Source of the DNA: a virus
Virus record (IMG/VR): IMGVR_UViG_3300015171_000001
Span: 64,001-128,000 of that record
Direction: 5' to 3' (one strand)
Length of the DNA: 64,000 bases
Shown: one piece after another, positions 50,697 to 59,290 of the stretch
Layout: each line of letters starts with the position of its first letter
Position numbering within the stretch: the first letter of the stretch is position 1
Position numbers and translations under genes: made by a program
The notes under the pieces: model-generated
Database searches by the model: none
What the model saw: the letters and a program-made list of their open reading frames with translations, nothing else
Told to the model about the DNA's origin: nothing

Positions 50697-51950
50697 ATGC
50701 CATTATTATCGTATTATTCTATATTGTCTGGAGGAAAAATAATTTCAATTATATCTGGTGGAGGAAATGGGGTGACATTTAGCCCAACCAACTCTGGAGC
50801 CAATATTACACTTCATAACGGCAATATCACTGCCACCGACACAGTTAACTCAACTAATAGGGCGATGTCGTATCTTACAAGTACAATAACTAACTTACAA
50901 AAGGTGTACCTAGAGTTTACTGTAAATATAGCAGGGTCCACAGTTGGTTCTCCTTATATTCCTCCAATTATAGGTGTATCAGATAACATCACACTCAACA
51001 ATACAGCATATCCAGGAGGTTTCTCAAATGGTTTTGGCATAGAAGGAGGGAATGGAGGTCAATTTAGTGGCACTGTATCAGAACCATCCGGTAATCCGAC
51101 AATAACAATGGCAAATGGAGATGTGATAGGATTGGCTATTAACGGTGTGACTGGAAATATATGGCTTAGTAAAAATGGCACGTATGTTTTATCAGGAAAT
51201 CCAGCAACAGCGACCAGTCCATCTTTTAATTTCTCGCCACCTCCGTCAAATTATTATCCATGTGTGGGGTTAATATCAGACGGCACCAACGCAGGTAATA
51301 TAAGTTTGAATTCAATATTAATTTACACCCCTCCTAGTGGATTTGTTTCTTTGACAGCAGCAACTCCCGTAATAGCTTTTGATGGAGCACACACTAATAT
51401 ACAAGGCATATTGACAAGTTCAGAATCGGTATTTGCAATGCAATCAGTTGGTGGATATATAAATTCCTTTATAAACTATGGAGCATCTAGTGGCAAAAGG
51501 TACATAGAATTTAAGATTCTATGTACTAATAGCGTCACTTGCGCAGTGGGAGCATCTACTTCCAGAAATTTAACCACTCAAATTGGGAATGTTGCCAATG
51601 GGTTTGCGGTTTATAATGCAGGCAGTGGAATAGGACAAACTGGACTTACTAACGACAATAACGCACCTTCCTACACTACTAATGACGTAGCAATGATAGC
51701 AGTTGATTTCTCATTAGGATACGCTTGGTACGGAAAAAATGGAACTTGGTTAACAAATACTGGAGGTGTTGGCAATCCAGTTTCTGGAACAAACCCATCA
51801 TTTAATGGGGCGAATTTACAATCTGGTACTTGGTATCCTGGTGCAACTGTATCTGCCGGGACATCTACTCCTATAGTCCAAGTATACGCCCCTGCTTCTT
51901 CCTGGAATTATACTCGCCCCACAGGATTCTTAGGTTGGGACGGAAGTTAA
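50697..51950 (+). CDS. Tandem SPRY/ConA-like domain protein, putative receptor-binding or decoration protein
   Basis: KVYLEF...GDVIGLAIN..GNIWLSKNGT and GKRYIEF...DVAMIAVDF..GYAWYGKNGTW; visibly more GC-rich than its neighbours. Confidence 0.7.
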   Translation: MPLLSYYSILSGGKIISIISGGGNGVTFSPTNSGANITLHNGNITATDTVNSTNRAMSYLTSTITNLQKVYLEFTVNIAGSTVGSPYIPPIIGVSDNITLNNTAYPGGFSNGFGIEGGNGGQFSGTVSEPSGNPTITMANGDVIGLAINGVTGNIWLSKNGTYVLSGNPATATSPSFNFSPPPSNYYPCVGLISDGTNAGNISLNSILIYTPPSGFVSLTAATPVIAFDGAHTNIQGILTSSESVFAMQSVGGYINSFINYGASSGKRYIEFKILCTNSVTCAVGASTSRNLTTQIGNVANGFAVYNAGSGIGQTGLTNDNNAPSYTTNDVAMIAVDFSLGYAWYGKNGTWLTNTGGVGNPVSGTNPSFNGANLQSGTWYPGATVSAGTSTPIVQVYAPASSWNYTRPTGFLGWDGS

Positions 51951-52016
51951 TAAATTAAATTAAATTGGAAAAATTTTTATATTTAAAATTTAATTAGTAT
52001 TCTATTTATTTAGATA

Positions 52017-53078
52017 ATGATAAAGAAAAAGGTTTTATTTATTTTAAAAAGTAGAGAAGAGCCATTTTCAAAGAACGAAGAAATAACTTCGAAAAAGCAA
52101 TTAAGTAGTGGATTATTTAATTCTGCTAATTTTGTTAATACATTTTTACAATCCTCCGAAGAATTTGAAAGTAAATTAGTACATGTTAATGACAATAATT
52201 GCATTGATAGAGAAGTTTATTTATATAGACCCGACATTGTTATTATTGAGGCATATTGGGTAGTGCCGGAAAAATTCGAAATTCTCCAAAAGCTACATCC
52301 AAAGGTAAAATGGATAATTAGAAATCATAGTGAGGTAGCTTTTTTAGCAAATGAGGGAATTGCATTTGATTGGAGCATTCGGTATGTAAATTATGATAAT
52401 GTATATTTGTCTTGTAATGCAAAACAGACATATTTAGATTTTGTAAATATTTTAGAGAATGTTTATGTAGATAAAAAAGATATTAAGAATAAAGTTTTAT
52501 ATCTTCCTAATACATACCCGATTGATTTTTGTGGTATAAGTACTAAACAGAAAGAATCGTTGGATATAAGCTGTTTTGGAGCGATTAGACCATTAAAGAA
52601 TCACATGGTTCAAGTTATTGCCGCAATTAGATTTGCAAACATGTTAAATATGTCTTTAAATTTTCATATTAATGATGGAAGAATTGAAATGAAGGGGGAT
52701 AATATATTAAAAAATATTAAATCTGTATTTAATAAATGTTCACGGCATAAATTAATAGAACATGATTGGATGGATCATTCTAAATTTAAAAAGGTTATAA
52801 AAAATATAGATATTGGATTACAGGTATCCTATACAGAGACATTTAATATTGTTGCGGCAGACCATGTTTCCTCTGGAGTTCCTGTTGTTGCAAGTAATAA
52901 TGTTCCTTGGTTATTAGGAGATTTTCCATATTACGAGAATGACTCGACATTAATTGCTGATAAATTATTTGATGTTTATAATAATAAAGAGTCATATTTA
53001 ATTCACCAACAAAATAGATTAAAAGGTTGGAATGATAATAGTGAAAATATTTGGAAACAAATATTATCTAATATATAA
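52017..53078 (+). CDS. Glycosyltransferase (GT-B, GT4-like)
   Basis: PDIVIIE, IIRNHSE, CFGAIRPLKN, QVSYTETFNIVAADHVSSGVPVV. Confidence 0.75.
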   Translation: MIKKKVLFILKSREEPFSKNEEITSKKQLSSGLFNSANFVNTFLQSSEEFESKLVHVNDNNCIDREVYLYRPDIVIIEAYWVVPEKFEILQKLHPKVKWIIRNHSEVAFLANEGIAFDWSIRYVNYDNVYLSCNAKQTYLDFVNILENVYVDKKDIKNKVLYLPNTYPIDFCGISTKQKESLDISCFGAIRPLKNHMVQVIAAIRFANMLNMSLNFHINDGRIEMKGDNILKNIKSVFNKCSRHKLIEHDWMDHSKFKKVIKNIDIGLQVSYTETFNIVAADHVSSGVPVVASNNVPWLLGDFPYYENDSTLIADKLFDVYNNKESYLIHQQNRLKGWNDNSENIWKQILSNI

Positions 53079-53109
53079 GTGGGAAGTTAATATTATTTTA
53101 ACTTCCCAC
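53079..53109. terminator. Hairpin between convergent genes
   Basis: GTGGGAAGTTAA-TATTATT-TTAACTTCCCAC. Confidence 0.7.
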
Positions 53110-53121
53110 ATAAATAACTAA

Positions 53122-53361
53122 TTATTTATTATCATGATGTTCGTGATGTTCTCTATCATGTTTTTCTTCTCTATCTTTTTCTCTTTGTCGTTCTTTTTCT
53201 CGTTCATGCTCGCGATCTTTATCATATGATCTATGATGACATCCTCTATCATGATGGTGTTGTGTGTAATAGTCTCCAAAATCAAGATCGACAGATTGTG
53301 ACCAACTGCCAATTGTTGATAATGCGAGCATCATCGTACTTATTATTAATATATTTCTCAT
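53122..53361 (-). CDS. Small signal-peptide protein with His/Arg/Glu-rich tail
   Basis: MRNILIISTMMLALSTIGSWS then HHHDRGCHH...EHEREKERQREKDREEKHDREHHEHH. Confidence 0.55.
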   Translation of the reverse strand: MRNILIISTMMLALSTIGSWSQSVDLDFGDYYTQHHHDRGCHHRSYDKDREHEREKERQREKDREEKHDREHHEHHDNK

Positions 53362-53563
53362 ATTTTTATATTTCGTTACCCAAACCATTTATTTGATTTG
53401 TTGATAAAATCCTATCATGGTTTGTTTATTTTTGATATGGGGTATAGTACCCATATTGGATTAACCGGACACAATTTGTCCATTTTTTCTAATTTAAGAT
53501 CCAATTATTGAAAAAAATTGATAAAAATCATTTTTATGATATAATTTTTATATTTATATTTAT

Positions 53564-53986
53564 ATGTTATTTTTTAATGAAGAAACTGATGTTGCTATAT
53601 TTAAGTCCAAATGGCGTAAACCATTTTCTATTCTTAATAAGATAAATCCTATATGGTGGTTTTTAAATGAAGACGATCCTACGCCAACACCAGATTATGC
53701 ACCAACCAATCCACAATGGTTAAGAAATACACAGTGGAACTTAAGAAATCCTCTTCACAATTTTACTTTTTATGTAATAGGAGTCAGTGATAGAGACAAT
53801 GTTCGTTTTGGAAATTCTCCAACAAATGTTTTTGATAAAAAATTAAAGTGGACATGGAGCGTAACTTATGTAAAATATTTATATCTTCCATTTATAAGTT
53901 ATGTTGGATCTTCGATGGCATGGTATATTGGGTGGAGAGATGGTGGTAATTTTGGATTAAAAATAACAAGTGCCAGCAATGTTTAA
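53564..53986 (+). CDS. Trp-rich hypothetical protein
   Basis: WWFLNEDDP, WNLRNPLHNF, YIGWR; preceded by TTGATA-16-TATAAT and TATTTATA. Confidence 0.55.
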   Translation: MLFFNEETDVAIFKSKWRKPFSILNKINPIWWFLNEDDPTPTPDYAPTNPQWLRNTQWNLRNPLHNFTFYVIGVSDRDNVRFGNSPTNVFDKKLKWTWSVTYVKYLYLPFISYVGSSMAWYIGWRDGGNFGLKITSASNV

Positions 53987-53991
53987 AATTT

Positions 53992-54645
53992 ATGCCGAAG
54001 AATATAATTAAAAAATTTGAAAAGGAATATGGTAAAGATAAGGGGAAATCTATTTATTATGCCACGGCCAACAAATTAAAAAGAAATCCAGAAACATTTA
54101 AGAAAGATATTTCAGAAAGCAATAGCTCAATGGAAGTTCCTCAGATTTCTGGAGATGTGGTAAAGTTTATTACAGGAAAATCAAAAGAAGAATCTCAAGA
54201 TATTTACATGAAATATATTCTTCCAAGGTCTGTCGAGATTGAAAAAGAAATTAAAAACGCAACGGGAGCAGATGAAAAACATGATATTATGCATAAAATA
54301 GTTAAGAAAATATTGTTAGATAAAGGTGTTATTAAAGATAATTCCCTTAAAGAATCAGAGTTAAAAAAGCACATTAAAACAATTATTAAAGAAGTTTTAT
54401 TAGAAACTGATGTGAATAATGCAGAAGAAAAAGAGGAAGTTAAAATTGGAAAAGATATTTTAATAAGATGTGGTAATATTCTTAAATATAATGATTTGGA
54501 TGAAGTTGAGGATGTAGAAAAAATACAGGAGTTAGCTAAAAAATTAATAGAAATACATGGTGAAAAAGTAAAACAAGATTTTGATCCAACTGGAAGACTT
54601 AAAAATTATCATCTTGGATTTAAAAAAGGAAACAATCAATTATAA
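53992..54645 (+). CDS. Hypothetical protein, putative internal head protein
   Basis: FEKEYGKDKGKSIYYATANK; internal LKESELKKHIKTIIKEVLLE. Confidence 0.55.
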   Translation: MPKNIIKKFEKEYGKDKGKSIYYATANKLKRNPETFKKDISESNSSMEVPQISGDVVKFITGKSKEESQDIYMKYILPRSVEIEKEIKNATGADEKHDIMHKIVKKILLDKGVIKDNSLKESELKKHIKTIIKEVLLETDVNNAEEKEEVKIGKDILIRCGNILKYNDLDEVEDVEKIQELAKKLIEIHGEKVKQDFDPTGRLKNYHLGFKKGNNQL

Positions 54646-54673
54646 AAATTTTTAAAATATACTTATACATAAT

Positions 54674-55948
54674 ATGAAACGATCAGAATTAAAAGAATTA
54701 GTAAAACAGGTAATTTCGGAGCAAAAATTTAAAGATGCTCCAAAGGATAAAAAAGTAAAACCAGAACCAACAATTTCAAAAAATGATATTGGACAGGAAA
54801 AAGCTGTCAGAGAATTTCTATCATCAAGAAAGAATTATACATCACATTGTGAGCAATTGGAAGATGTTGCTAAATCATTAAAAATAAATGTTAAAGATAA
54901 GACTGGAAAGAAATTATCAGATGCTATTATAGATGAATTAAATAAGGATAAAAAGAATGTATCAAAGGTTTTCAAAGCTCTTAAGAGTAAGAAATTAATA
55001 ACAGAATCTATAGATCAATTGATAGTTAATAAACATTTGAGATTGATTAAAGTGGTATTATTTAAAATGGGCGCAGTCAAAAATCCTATGGAAGTGGATG
55101 TTAAAAAGGACATTTCTTATTATGTTGAACCAGAAGATTTTACTGAATTTTGTGAAAAATTAAAACTCACTCCTCCAATGTATGATGATTCATTATCAAT
55201 TGACGAATATGCTAATTTGTGGGCCGAAGAAGATGAAGAAAAAAACACACCAGAATCAACTTTAAAAACTCCAGAAATTAGCCCAGAAGAAAGAGAAGTA
55301 AGAAGATTTTTATCTACAAGAAAAGATACAAATAATCATATTGAACAACTGTTGCAAATATCTCATTTACTTGGAATAAGTGTAAAGGGAAGTGATATTG
55401 ATGATTTATTTAAAGTTATTTCGGATAAATTAGATCAAGATCCAATTTCTATTGAAAAAGTATTTGATTTTTTAAAGCAAACAAAATTGATTAAAGAAAT
55501 TAAAAAAATATCTTTAATAGATTTAAGAAATATTATTAAAGAAGTGATTTCTTCTGAAATGGAAGAATCCACGATTAGGAAACCTAATAAACCATACCCA
55601 AGGATTGCTGTTGGACACGAGGCACACGAAACTTCCACAACTAGAAGTTCTTTGGAAAAAGCTAAAAAATTAAATAAAATATATGGGAAACCTACAGAAA
55701 TTTATTTACAATCTATGCCGCCAGAAGAAAAAGGACCTTTATTTTTAGTCACTGCGACATATGGTGATAAACAACACTCTTTTGAAGGATTTTCTTGGGG
55801 ATATAAAGGAGAAGGTTCGTTAGGATTAAAAGAATATTTGTTAAGTGTTGGAATTCCAGAAGGTATTGATAAAATTTATGAGTTTGATCAGAAATCAAAT
55901 TATTTATATACCAATGAAGATGGATCATGGCATCTAGAAAGAGAATAA
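54674..55948 (+). CDS. Modular hypothetical protein with repeated leader motifs
   Basis: MKRSELKELVKQVISE; duplicated VR(E/R)FLS(S/T)RK..H.EQL domain; internal LRNIIKEVISSE; FSWGYKGEG. Confidence 0.55.
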   Translation: MKRSELKELVKQVISEQKFKDAPKDKKVKPEPTISKNDIGQEKAVREFLSSRKNYTSHCEQLEDVAKSLKINVKDKTGKKLSDAIIDELNKDKKNVSKVFKALKSKKLITESIDQLIVNKHLRLIKVVLFKMGAVKNPMEVDVKKDISYYVEPEDFTEFCEKLKLTPPMYDDSLSIDEYANLWAEEDEEKNTPESTLKTPEISPEEREVRRFLSTRKDTNNHIEQLLQISHLLGISVKGSDIDDLFKVISDKLDQDPISIEKVFDFLKQTKLIKEIKKISLIDLRNIIKEVISSEMEESTIRKPNKPYPRIAVGHEAHETSTTRSSLEKAKKLNKIYGKPTEIYLQSMPPEEKGPLFLVTATYGDKQHSFEGFSWGYKGEGSLGLKEYLLSVGIPEGIDKIYEFDQKSNYLYTNEDGSWHLERE

Positions 55949-56301
55949 TGAAAATTGGTATTAAAGAATTAAAGCAAATTATTAAAGAAGTTATTTCTGA
56001 AAATAATTTGGGAGAAATGGTTCATAATTCAAGAACTGGTGTTGATTGGATTGGAGAAATGGAAAAGGCGGTCAATGCCGCACCACAACTTAATAATAAT
56101 CAAGAATTAAAAAAAGTCTTGTTAAAAGCAATTGATGAACTTCATATTGGATCATTAAGAGGAAAATCAGACAAACTTCAAAATTGGTTAAATCTATTAA
56201 AGAAAACATTATCTTCTCCAAATTTTCAAAAAAACTGGAGAGTTTATAATTCAGAATTGACTAATTTTGCCGCCGCCATCACAAAATTTGCTCGTTCTTG
56301 A
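55948..56301 (+). CDS. Hypothetical protein with leader motif
   Basis: Start at the TAATG overlap: MKIGIKELKQIIKEVISE. Confidence 0.55.
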   Translation: MKIGIKELKQIIKEVISENNLGEMVHNSRTGVDWIGEMEKAVNAAPQLNNNQELKKVLLKAIDELHIGSLRGKSDKLQNWLNLLKKTLSSPNFQKNWRVYNSELTNFAAAITKFARS

Positions 56302-56991
56302 AAGCCTTTGTTTCTTTAAGAGATATTGTATCCTAAATTTTTCACTATTTATTAGTGGAGATTGTAGTTTAAAACACTTGTTGCAATAGTTATCGTATTG
56401 TCGCATAGAAAACTTAAAATCGTCGCTTAGAATAGGCACTGTGCATGAATATGCGTTAATCTCATCTAGATAGTTATCCTCACACACAAAAAAATAATCA
56501 GATTCTTTCATGTGAGTTAATATTTGGTTTGTAACATGTTTATATGTTTTGGAAAACATGTGTTTCATAATTCTTTTTTTGTAACACGGATAAATATTAT
56601 ATATCGCATGAACATATTCGTGTTCTAAAACCAGATAATTTCCAGCACCAATATCAAATACCCCTATCAAATAACATCCTTCTTTGTAGATTCTTTTTAT
56701 ATATTTTTCTTTTGTGGTCAATTCATTATCATTAAATAATTCAAAAAATTCTTTCATGCACGATGCTGGAATATTATAACCCAATACTCTGGTTTTCCAG
56801 TTTTTGATATTTTCGTATTTTTTGAATCCTTTCTTGAAGAATTCTTTTATAGTGAATTTGTGATGCAATAATTCTGCATTGTGGGATTCATAAAAAGCAG
56901 ATATTCTAAATAACGATTGATTCATATCTTCTGGATTATAAAAATCAAGAACTTGAATCTTTTCATCATGAATCATTGTTAAAACTCGCAT
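56251..56991 (-). CDS. HExxH-containing hypothetical protein (metallopeptidase-like)
   Basis: LEHEYVHAIY...DEINAY; 3' end overlaps the convergent gene by 51 nt. Confidence 0.55.
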   Translation of the reverse strand: MRVLTMIHDEKIQVLDFYNPEDMNQSLFRISAFYESHNAELLHHKFTIKEFFKKGFKKYENIKNWKTRVLGYNIPASCMKEFFELFNDNELTTKEKYIKRIYKEGCYLIGVFDIGAGNYLVLEHEYVHAIYNIYPCYKKRIMKHMFSKTYKHVTNQILTHMKESDYFFVCEDNYLDEINAYSCTVPILSDDFKFSMRQYDNYCNKCFKLQSPLINSEKFRIQYLLKKQRLSRTSKFCDGGGKISQF

Positions 56992-56997
56992 AAATTC

Positions 56998-57026
56998 AAA
57001 ATATCACATTTTATAAAAAATGTAAA
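56998..57026 (-). promoter_or_regulatory. sigma70-type promoter, leaderless spacing
   Basis: Minus strand TTTACA-17 nt (ending TGA)-TATTTT; ATG 56991 follows 6 nt later. Confidence 0.5.
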
Positions 57027-57076
57027 GAACTTTATTTTTGAATTATTTTATTAAATAATTCGTATATATTAGAATC

Positions 57077-57925
57077 ATGAGCACACAACCAACGATAGTT
57101 CCAATTCAGTCTCCAAGTAAAAACGCACCTTCTTATATTCCTAATCAACCAAAGCAAGAGGAGAAAAAGAAAAATACTAAAGTTTTTAAATTACCAAGTC
57201 AAGGATATTTTTATCCAGAAGAATCACCATTAGCAAGTGGAGAAATTGAACTAAAATTTGTCACTGCAAAACACGAAGATATTTTGTCAAGTCAAAATTT
57301 TATTAAAAAGGGAATTGTTATTGACGAATTTTTGAAATCTGTTATTTTTGATCCAAAAATTAAACTGGAAGATCTTTTGGTCGGTGATAAGAATGCTATA
57401 TTTGTATTTGCCAGAATTCTTGCATATGGAAAGGATTATGAAATTAAACAAAAATGTCCTGCGTGCGGAGAAGAAAATCAAGTTGTGGTAGATTTGGATA
57501 AATTATCTGTCAAGGAAATTGACTTTGAAAAATTTAAAAAGAATGTTAATTTATTTCAATACACTTTTCCTAATTGTCAAAGAGAAATTTTATTTAAATT
57601 ATCGACCCACAAAGATGAGCAAGATGTTGATGTTGAACTAAAGAGTTTGGCTAAAGTAACTAAAAATAGTTCTTCACCAACAGTTACTACAACATTGAAG
57701 AAAATGATCGTTTCTGTTGATGGAAAAGAAGATAAGGGATATATTAAATCTTTTATTGAAAAGGAACTCCCATCGGTTGATAGTGCTGAGTTTCGAAAAT
57801 ATCTTAAGACTTTTATGCCAGACGTTGATATGACATATGATTTTACTTGTGATTCGTGTGGTCATACTCAAAAACTATCCATCCCAATTGGGGTTAATTT
57901 CTTGTGGCCAGATGTTAATAGTTAA
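57077..57925 (+). CDS. Baseplate hub / tail assembly chaperone (T4 gp26-like), copy 1
   Basis: LPSQGYFYP, TAKHEDIL, LLVGDKNAI..ARILAYG, CPACG and CDSCG, ends NFLWP; upstream of tape measure. Confidence 0.75.
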   Translation: MSTQPTIVPIQSPSKNAPSYIPNQPKQEEKKKNTKVFKLPSQGYFYPEESPLASGEIELKFVTAKHEDILSSQNFIKKGIVIDEFLKSVIFDPKIKLEDLLVGDKNAIFVFARILAYGKDYEIKQKCPACGEENQVVVDLDKLSVKEIDFEKFKKNVNLFQYTFPNCQREILFKLSTHKDEQDVDVELKSLAKVTKNSSSPTVTTTLKKMIVSVDGKEDKGYIKSFIEKELPSVDSAEFRKYLKTFMPDVDMTYDFTCDSCGHTQKLSIPIGVNFLWPDVNS

Positions 57926-57927
57926 TT

Positions 57928-58857
57928 GTGGGATATCCGACAGACATAATTTCACTTCCAAGTGAAGGATATTTTTATCCAAAAAAAAATCCATTGTCTA
58001 CAGGTACAGTTGAGGTTAAATATTTGACTGGAAATCATGAGGAAATTTTATCAAATAAAAATTTGATAAAAAAAGGATTATCGGTAGATATTGTTTTAAA
58101 AGATATTATTGTTGATAAAAATATTCCATATGAAGATATTTTGGTCATGGATAAAGAGGCTTTGATATTGGCCTCCAAAATGTTAAGTTATGGTGGGAAT
58201 CAGAAGTATAACATAAGATGTCCCAATTGTGAAAAAGAAATGGAAGTATCAATAAATTTATATTCATTTGAATCTAGTTTGTTTAATTTTTCCTGCTTTG
58301 AGAGAGGGAAAAATTTTAATTATTGTGAATTACCTTCTGGAGATATTATTTTTTATAAATTTCCAACAATTGCAGATGAGAGAAAATATTATGGGAAAGA
58401 AAAGACAGATTTTTTAAAAACAATAATACTTGCGGTCAATGAATCAAAAAATAAAAAAGTAATATCGAAATATATTGATACCGAGTTTCTTTCTAAAGAT
58501 AGTTTATATTTCAGAAAACATTTGGAAGTTAATTCTCCAGAAATAAATTCCAAATTTGGATTTAATTGTTCTGCGTGTGAATATGTTAAAACAATGAAAA
58601 TGCCTTTGGGAGATGTGTTTTTTAATTTAGATGAATATTATAGACTTAACTTACATGAAGAAATTTTTTCTCTGTGTTATTATGGTCAAGGATTTGAAGA
58701 AAAAAGTGTTTATGAAATGCCAGTTTATAAGAGAAAGTTGTATTTGCAGAAGTTGAAAGATACTAAGGATAAAGAAAATGAACAAAATAATTCTTCTGAA
58801 CCAAAGAAAAGTTCACAACCAAGTTCGGTAAATGTACCTAAACATTTTCACAAGTAA
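57928..58857 (+). CDS. Baseplate hub / tail assembly chaperone, copy 2 with C-terminal extension
   Basis: LPSEGYFYP, CPNC, CSAC paralogous to copy 1, plus YRLNLHEEIFSLCYYGQGF...VYEMPVYKRKLYL. Confidence 0.7.
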   Translation: MGYPTDIISLPSEGYFYPKKNPLSTGTVEVKYLTGNHEEILSNKNLIKKGLSVDIVLKDIIVDKNIPYEDILVMDKEALILASKMLSYGGNQKYNIRCPNCEKEMEVSINLYSFESSLFNFSCFERGKNFNYCELPSGDIIFYKFPTIADERKYYGKEKTDFLKTIILAVNESKNKKVISKYIDTEFLSKDSLYFRKHLEVNSPEINSKFGFNCSACEYVKTMKMPLGDVFFNLDEYYRLNLHEEIFSLCYYGQGFEEKSVYEMPVYKRKLYLQKLKDTKDKENEQNNSSEPKKSSQPSSVNVPKHFHK

Positions 58858-58875
58858 ATAATATTAAAAAAAGTA

Positions 58876-58903
58876 TTGACTTTTTTTATTTTTGTCGTAT
58901 ATT
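58876..58903 (+). promoter_or_regulatory. sigma70-type promoter, leaderless spacing
   Basis: TTGACT-16 nt-TATATT; ATG 58910 follows 6 nt later. Confidence 0.5.
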
Positions 58904-58909
58904 ATAATA

Positions 58910-59290
58910 ATGTATATAATATTTCTTATAATTGTTGCTTCCTATCTAATACTTATTCGTGTCCAAGATGGCACATCGCCGAAATTATCTGAGAGATTGT
59001 CAATGACAGATCCAGAACATAGAAAATTGTATTATGAGGCAAAAGAAGCTAAAGATATTGCTGATAATGATGTTAATAATTGTCCAGGAAAAACATATCA
59101 AGAAAGAAAAGATAATCTTCTGAAATATTGTCGGGAAGAATTAAGTCCTGAACGCATGATGGAAATACAAGTTAGAACTATGAGTAAAGATTCGTGGGAA
59201 GCTTACGAAAAAGAACATCCACTTATATTTATTAAATATGCAAATATGTTAAATGAAATTTTAAAAGATAAATCAAAGTGGCTGATATAG
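58910..59290 (+). CDS. Membrane-anchored hypothetical protein inserted before tape measure
   Basis: MYIIFLIIVASYLILIR hydrophobic N-terminus; own promoter. Confidence 0.55.
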   Translation: MYIIFLIIVASYLILIRVQDGTSPKLSERLSMTDPEHRKLYYEAKEAKDIADNDVNNCPGKTYQERKDNLLKYCREELSPERMMEIQVRTMSKDSWEAYEKEHPLIFIKYANMLNEILKDKSKWLI

